DNA of 63,996 nt, the filler included, from Porpidia crustulata (lineage: Eukaryota): the NCBI GenBank assembly GCA_964255105.1. It is 5 parts of 5 records of this genome, joined end to end, with 100 filler letters (N's around TTAATTAATTAA, not from the genome) between each part and the next. Parts side by side here need not be neighbours in the genome. Positions count along the whole stretch, not along the records: positions 51,316 to 63,996 come from CAXUWE010000498.1; 4 more parts are not named here. One strand, written 5' to 3'. This document shows positions 60,501 to 63,996 of this stretch, piece by piece (the first letter of the stretch is position 1; each line of letters begins with the position of its first letter). Made by a program: the position numbers and the translations under genes. The notes beneath the pieces are model-generated. The model saw only the letters and a program-made list of their open reading frames with translations. It searched no databases and was not told the DNA's origin.

Positions 60501-63227
60501 TTTGACGGCAAACCAGGCAGCAAAGGATCATACGTTGCTATTAGGGGGGAGGTATTTGACCTTGGTGCTTTCATGCCCACTCACTACCCTTCAATTGTAC
60601 CGCAAGCTTCGTTGAAGAAGTATGCTGGGATTGACGCCACGGGTCTGTTTCCTGTACAAGTGTCTTCACTATGTGACGGCATTACAGGGTCGGTGGATCC
60701 ATCGGTTGTGCTCAACTACGCGCCTTCGAATGTATCTGGCTCCGCTTCTGTGATTAGTGGGACCGATCCCAATGCAAAATACCATGATTTCAGATACCAT
60801 ACCACTGACCCACGACCGGATTGGTTCTGGGAGCAGATGATTGTCCTACGACACAATTTCAAGAAAGGCGATGTCGGATATACTCCAAAGTACGTGAGCC
60901 AGCTTGCGAAACAGTCAAAGTCAATTGCAATTATCAATAGCACCGTGTATGATTTCACCGACTATGTTAAGGGAAAGCCCTCACTCAAGGCTCCGGATGG
61001 TCAAAATGCGTCAAAGGGCGCCGACCCTAGGTTTATGGACTCTCTTGTTGTCAACATCTTCCAAACCAATTCAGGTGGTGATATTACTCAGGATTGGGAA
61101 GCACTTCCGATGGATGCGGCCGAGAGAGGCAGGATGACAACATGTCTGAACAACCTTTTTCGTGTCGGCACAACTGATACAAGAAACTCTCCGCAATGTC
61201 TCTTTGCGCAATACATTTTGCTCGCCATCTCGATTCTTCTCTGCAGTGTCATTGGCTTCAAATTCTTCGCTGCTCTTCAATTCGGAAAGAAGAACATTCC
61301 CGAGAATCTCGACAAGTTCGTCATCTGCCAAGTCCCCGCCTACACTGAAGACGAGGATTCCCTTCGTCGGGCTATTGATTCTGCAGCAAGAATGAAGTAT
61401 GATGATAAGCGCAAGCTTCTTGTTATAGTATGTGATGGGATGATTATAGGCCAAGGCAATGACAGGCCAACTCCACGTATCGTTCTTGATATTCTGGGAG
61501 TTTCAGAGACTGTCGATCCCGAACCACTCAGCTTTGAAAGTCTGGGAGAAGGCATGAAACAGCACAACATGGGCAAGGTTTATTCGGGATTGTATGAAGT
61601 ACAAGGTCATATTGTTCCTTTCATGGTTGTGGTCAAGATTGGAAAGCCCTCGGAAGTGTCTAGGCCTGGAAATCGTGGCAAACGTGATTCGCAGATGGTC
61701 ATCATGCGTTTTCTAAACCGAGTTCACTACAATCTTCCGATGAGTCCTTTGGAATTGGAGATGCATCATCAGATTCGAAACATTATTGGCGTCAACCCTA
61801 CCTTTTACGAATTTATGCTTCAGATTGATGCAGATACCGTGGTGGCTCCTGATTCTGCATCACGCATGGTGGCAGCATTCTTGCACGACACGAGGTTGAT
61901 CGGTATCTGTGGGGAGACTGCTCTTTCAAACGCCAAATCATCATTCACTACAATGATACAGGTCTATGAATACTACATTTCGCATAATCTGACCAAGGCT
62001 TTTGAGAGCTTGTTTGGATCCGTGACATGTCTACCTGGATGTTTCACCATGTATCGTATCCGAGCTGCAGAGACCGGAAAGCCTTTGTTCGTTAGCAAGG
62101 AGATTGTAGAGGCATACTCGACGATTCGGGTCGATACTTTGCATATCAAGAACTTGCTTCATCTTGGCGAGGACCGTTACTTGACGACACTACTTCTTAA
62201 ACATCACCCAAAATACAAAACAAAGTACACCTTCCACGCCCACGCATGGACTATTGCGCCTGACAGTTGGAGCGTGTTCATGTCTCAACGTCGGAGATGG
62301 ATCAATTCTACGGTACATAATCTTATTGAACTAATCCCACTTCAACAGCTTTGCGGTTTCTGCTGTTTTAGCATGAGATTCATCGTCTTCCTCGACCTAC
62401 TCAGCACACTCGTCCAACCCGTCACAGTCGTTTATATTGTTTACCTCATCGTCCTCCTCTGCATCAACGCAAGCGTCGTTCCCCTCATGGCTTTTGTTCT
62501 CCTTGCAGCAATCTACGGTCTCCAAGCCATCATCTTCATACTGCGCAGGAAGTGGGAAATGATTGGCTGGATGATCATCTATATCCTTGCCATGCCCGTC
62601 TTCTCCTTTGGCCTCCCTCTCTACTCTTTTTGGCACATGGATGACTTTTCCTGGGGCAATACACGTATCGTCACGGGGGAGAAAGGCAGACAGATTGTCA
62701 TTTCGGACGAAGGGAAATTCGACCCAGACTCAATTCCGCATAAACGATGGGAGGAATACCAAGCCGAACTGTGGGATGCCCAAACTCAACGTGACGACCG
62801 CTCCGAAGTTTCGGGATACTCGTACGGCACGAAATCTTATCAGCAACCTCATTCGGAGTACGGCTACCCTGGCTCGCGCCCGATGTCGCAAATGGACCTG
62901 CCCAGATACGGTTCGCGCATGTCCTTGGCACCAAGCGATGTCGTGCAGCGAGGTTATCAGGAGAACATGGAGATGGCGGACTTGGCGGGTTTGCCCAATG
63001 ACGACATCATACTCAACGAGATTCGAGAAGTGTTGAAGACGGCGGATTTGATGACGGTGACGAAGAAGAGCATCAAGATGGAGTTGGAACGTCGGTTCGG
63101 CGTCGCGCTGGATAGTCGGAAGGCTTATATTGGATCCGGTGAGTCGTTCTTGACCGTGCTGGTATATTGAGTGGTGCAAGCTAACGATATCGCAGCCACC
63201 GAGGCGATCTTATCCGGTCAGCTCTAG
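57561..63227 (+). CDS. csmA: Class V chitin synthase with N-terminal myosin motor-like domain (CsmA type)
   Basis: P-loop [55 protein letters not shown]-terminal DEK-C ([12 protein letters not shown]); last intron from about 63139, final exon TEAILSGQL*. Confidence 0.96.
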
Positions 63228-63996
63228 GGAGTGGTGGAGATGGCGAAGAGAATCATGTACAGCAGCAATGGATCAGCATCGGGTAATGGCGTTTGCAATC
63301 ACATTTTATGACGCTAGGGGTCTTGGAGGAGGAGTTGTGTAATAAGTTAATTGTAAGGGAAAAGCCTTTGTCCTGCATGAACGGACCCGTTTCCGTCGTG
63401 CTTTGCTCAATACATCTTGTGAATCTTTTCTTGTGGAATCTTCCATTTGTGTTTCCGCGTCTACAGATGTCTCCTCTCTCCGTCCCATCCTAGAGGATCC
63501 CTACTCCTTTGTCGACTTTCGAATTTAATTTTTTTGTGGGAGAGAAGGTAGGTTCTGCGCTCGCCTTTACTTGACGACTTAGATTAGTGAGGATCGAGTT
63601 CATGAAATATGGATATCTTGTCCGTTTAATCTTTTGGCTATTAATCATTAAAGTATCATATCAAAACTCCAAAAATAGGTTGAAGATTTGAACGAAGATT
63701 TTCGGATTTGATTGGGATGGGATTGTTGATGTGTGGGATGGTTGATGTGCAGGGCACCACAGAATGCGTAGAATAAATGTGTTAAAGATAGACGAGGATG
63801 AATGCGTAAAGAAGATATACTCTATAAACAAAACAAAACAAAATAAGAAATATCAATATCATTTTTATTTAAAAAAAGGAAATAGAAATTGGAAATAATG
63901 AATAGTAAGTAGTAGTGATAGAAATTTGATTTAGAGATGAAGATAAGGGAGAAAGTACGAGGGTTTGAGAAGGGGATAGAGGGGAGAGAGGGGAGA

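Noticed and set aside
2540..63227. Apparent cell-wall gene cluster (GH17, WSC, CWH43, two chitin synthases)
   Set aside because: The genes lie on three different concatenated contigs, so their co-occurrence is an artefact.
199..63493. Numerous 60-260 aa ORFs antisense to or overlapping real genes (for example 199-654, 29296-29964, 29913-30686, 35473-36231, 57347-57976)
   Set aside because: Shadow ORFs of GC-rich coding sequence with no recognisable motifs.
63540..63996. AT- and purine-rich tail at the window end
   Set aside because: Low-complexity intergenic sequence with no ORF, repeat unit or element signature that I can support.

Overview
Eukaryotic, intron-containing DNA from a filamentous ascomycete (Pezizomycotina). 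The window is not one locus. It is five unrelated contigs of about 12.7 kb (1-12736, 12837-25570, 25671-38404, 38505-51215, 51316-63996) joined by artificial 100-nt N44-TTAATTAATTAA-N44 spacers. Most content is conserved housekeeping genes: a UBE2S-like E2, a GH17 Bgl2-like glucanase, a large coiled-coil protein, CHO1, a WSC sensor, CWH43, UTP6, PTH4, NAB3, a PPPDE peptidase, OLA1, TIM44, mitochondrial uS11, a U1-type zinc-finger protein, a stomatin-like protein, KU80, an MJ1316-domain protein, an RBM5/10-like protein and the head-to-head csmB/csmA chitin synthases. There is also an intron-containing tRNA-Ile(UAU), three apparent pseudogenes and a pogo/Fot1 transposase relic. I found no convincing novel multi-gene system. 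The best leads are an snR69-like C/D snoRNA inside an OLA1 intron, a 282-codon AUG-less open extension upstream of the coiled-coil gene, and a recurrent C-rich to G-rich strand-skew flip near gene 3' ends. Also notable are an atypical tRNA body and a standalone MJ1316 protein. Family assignments come from motif recognition by eye, not database searches.
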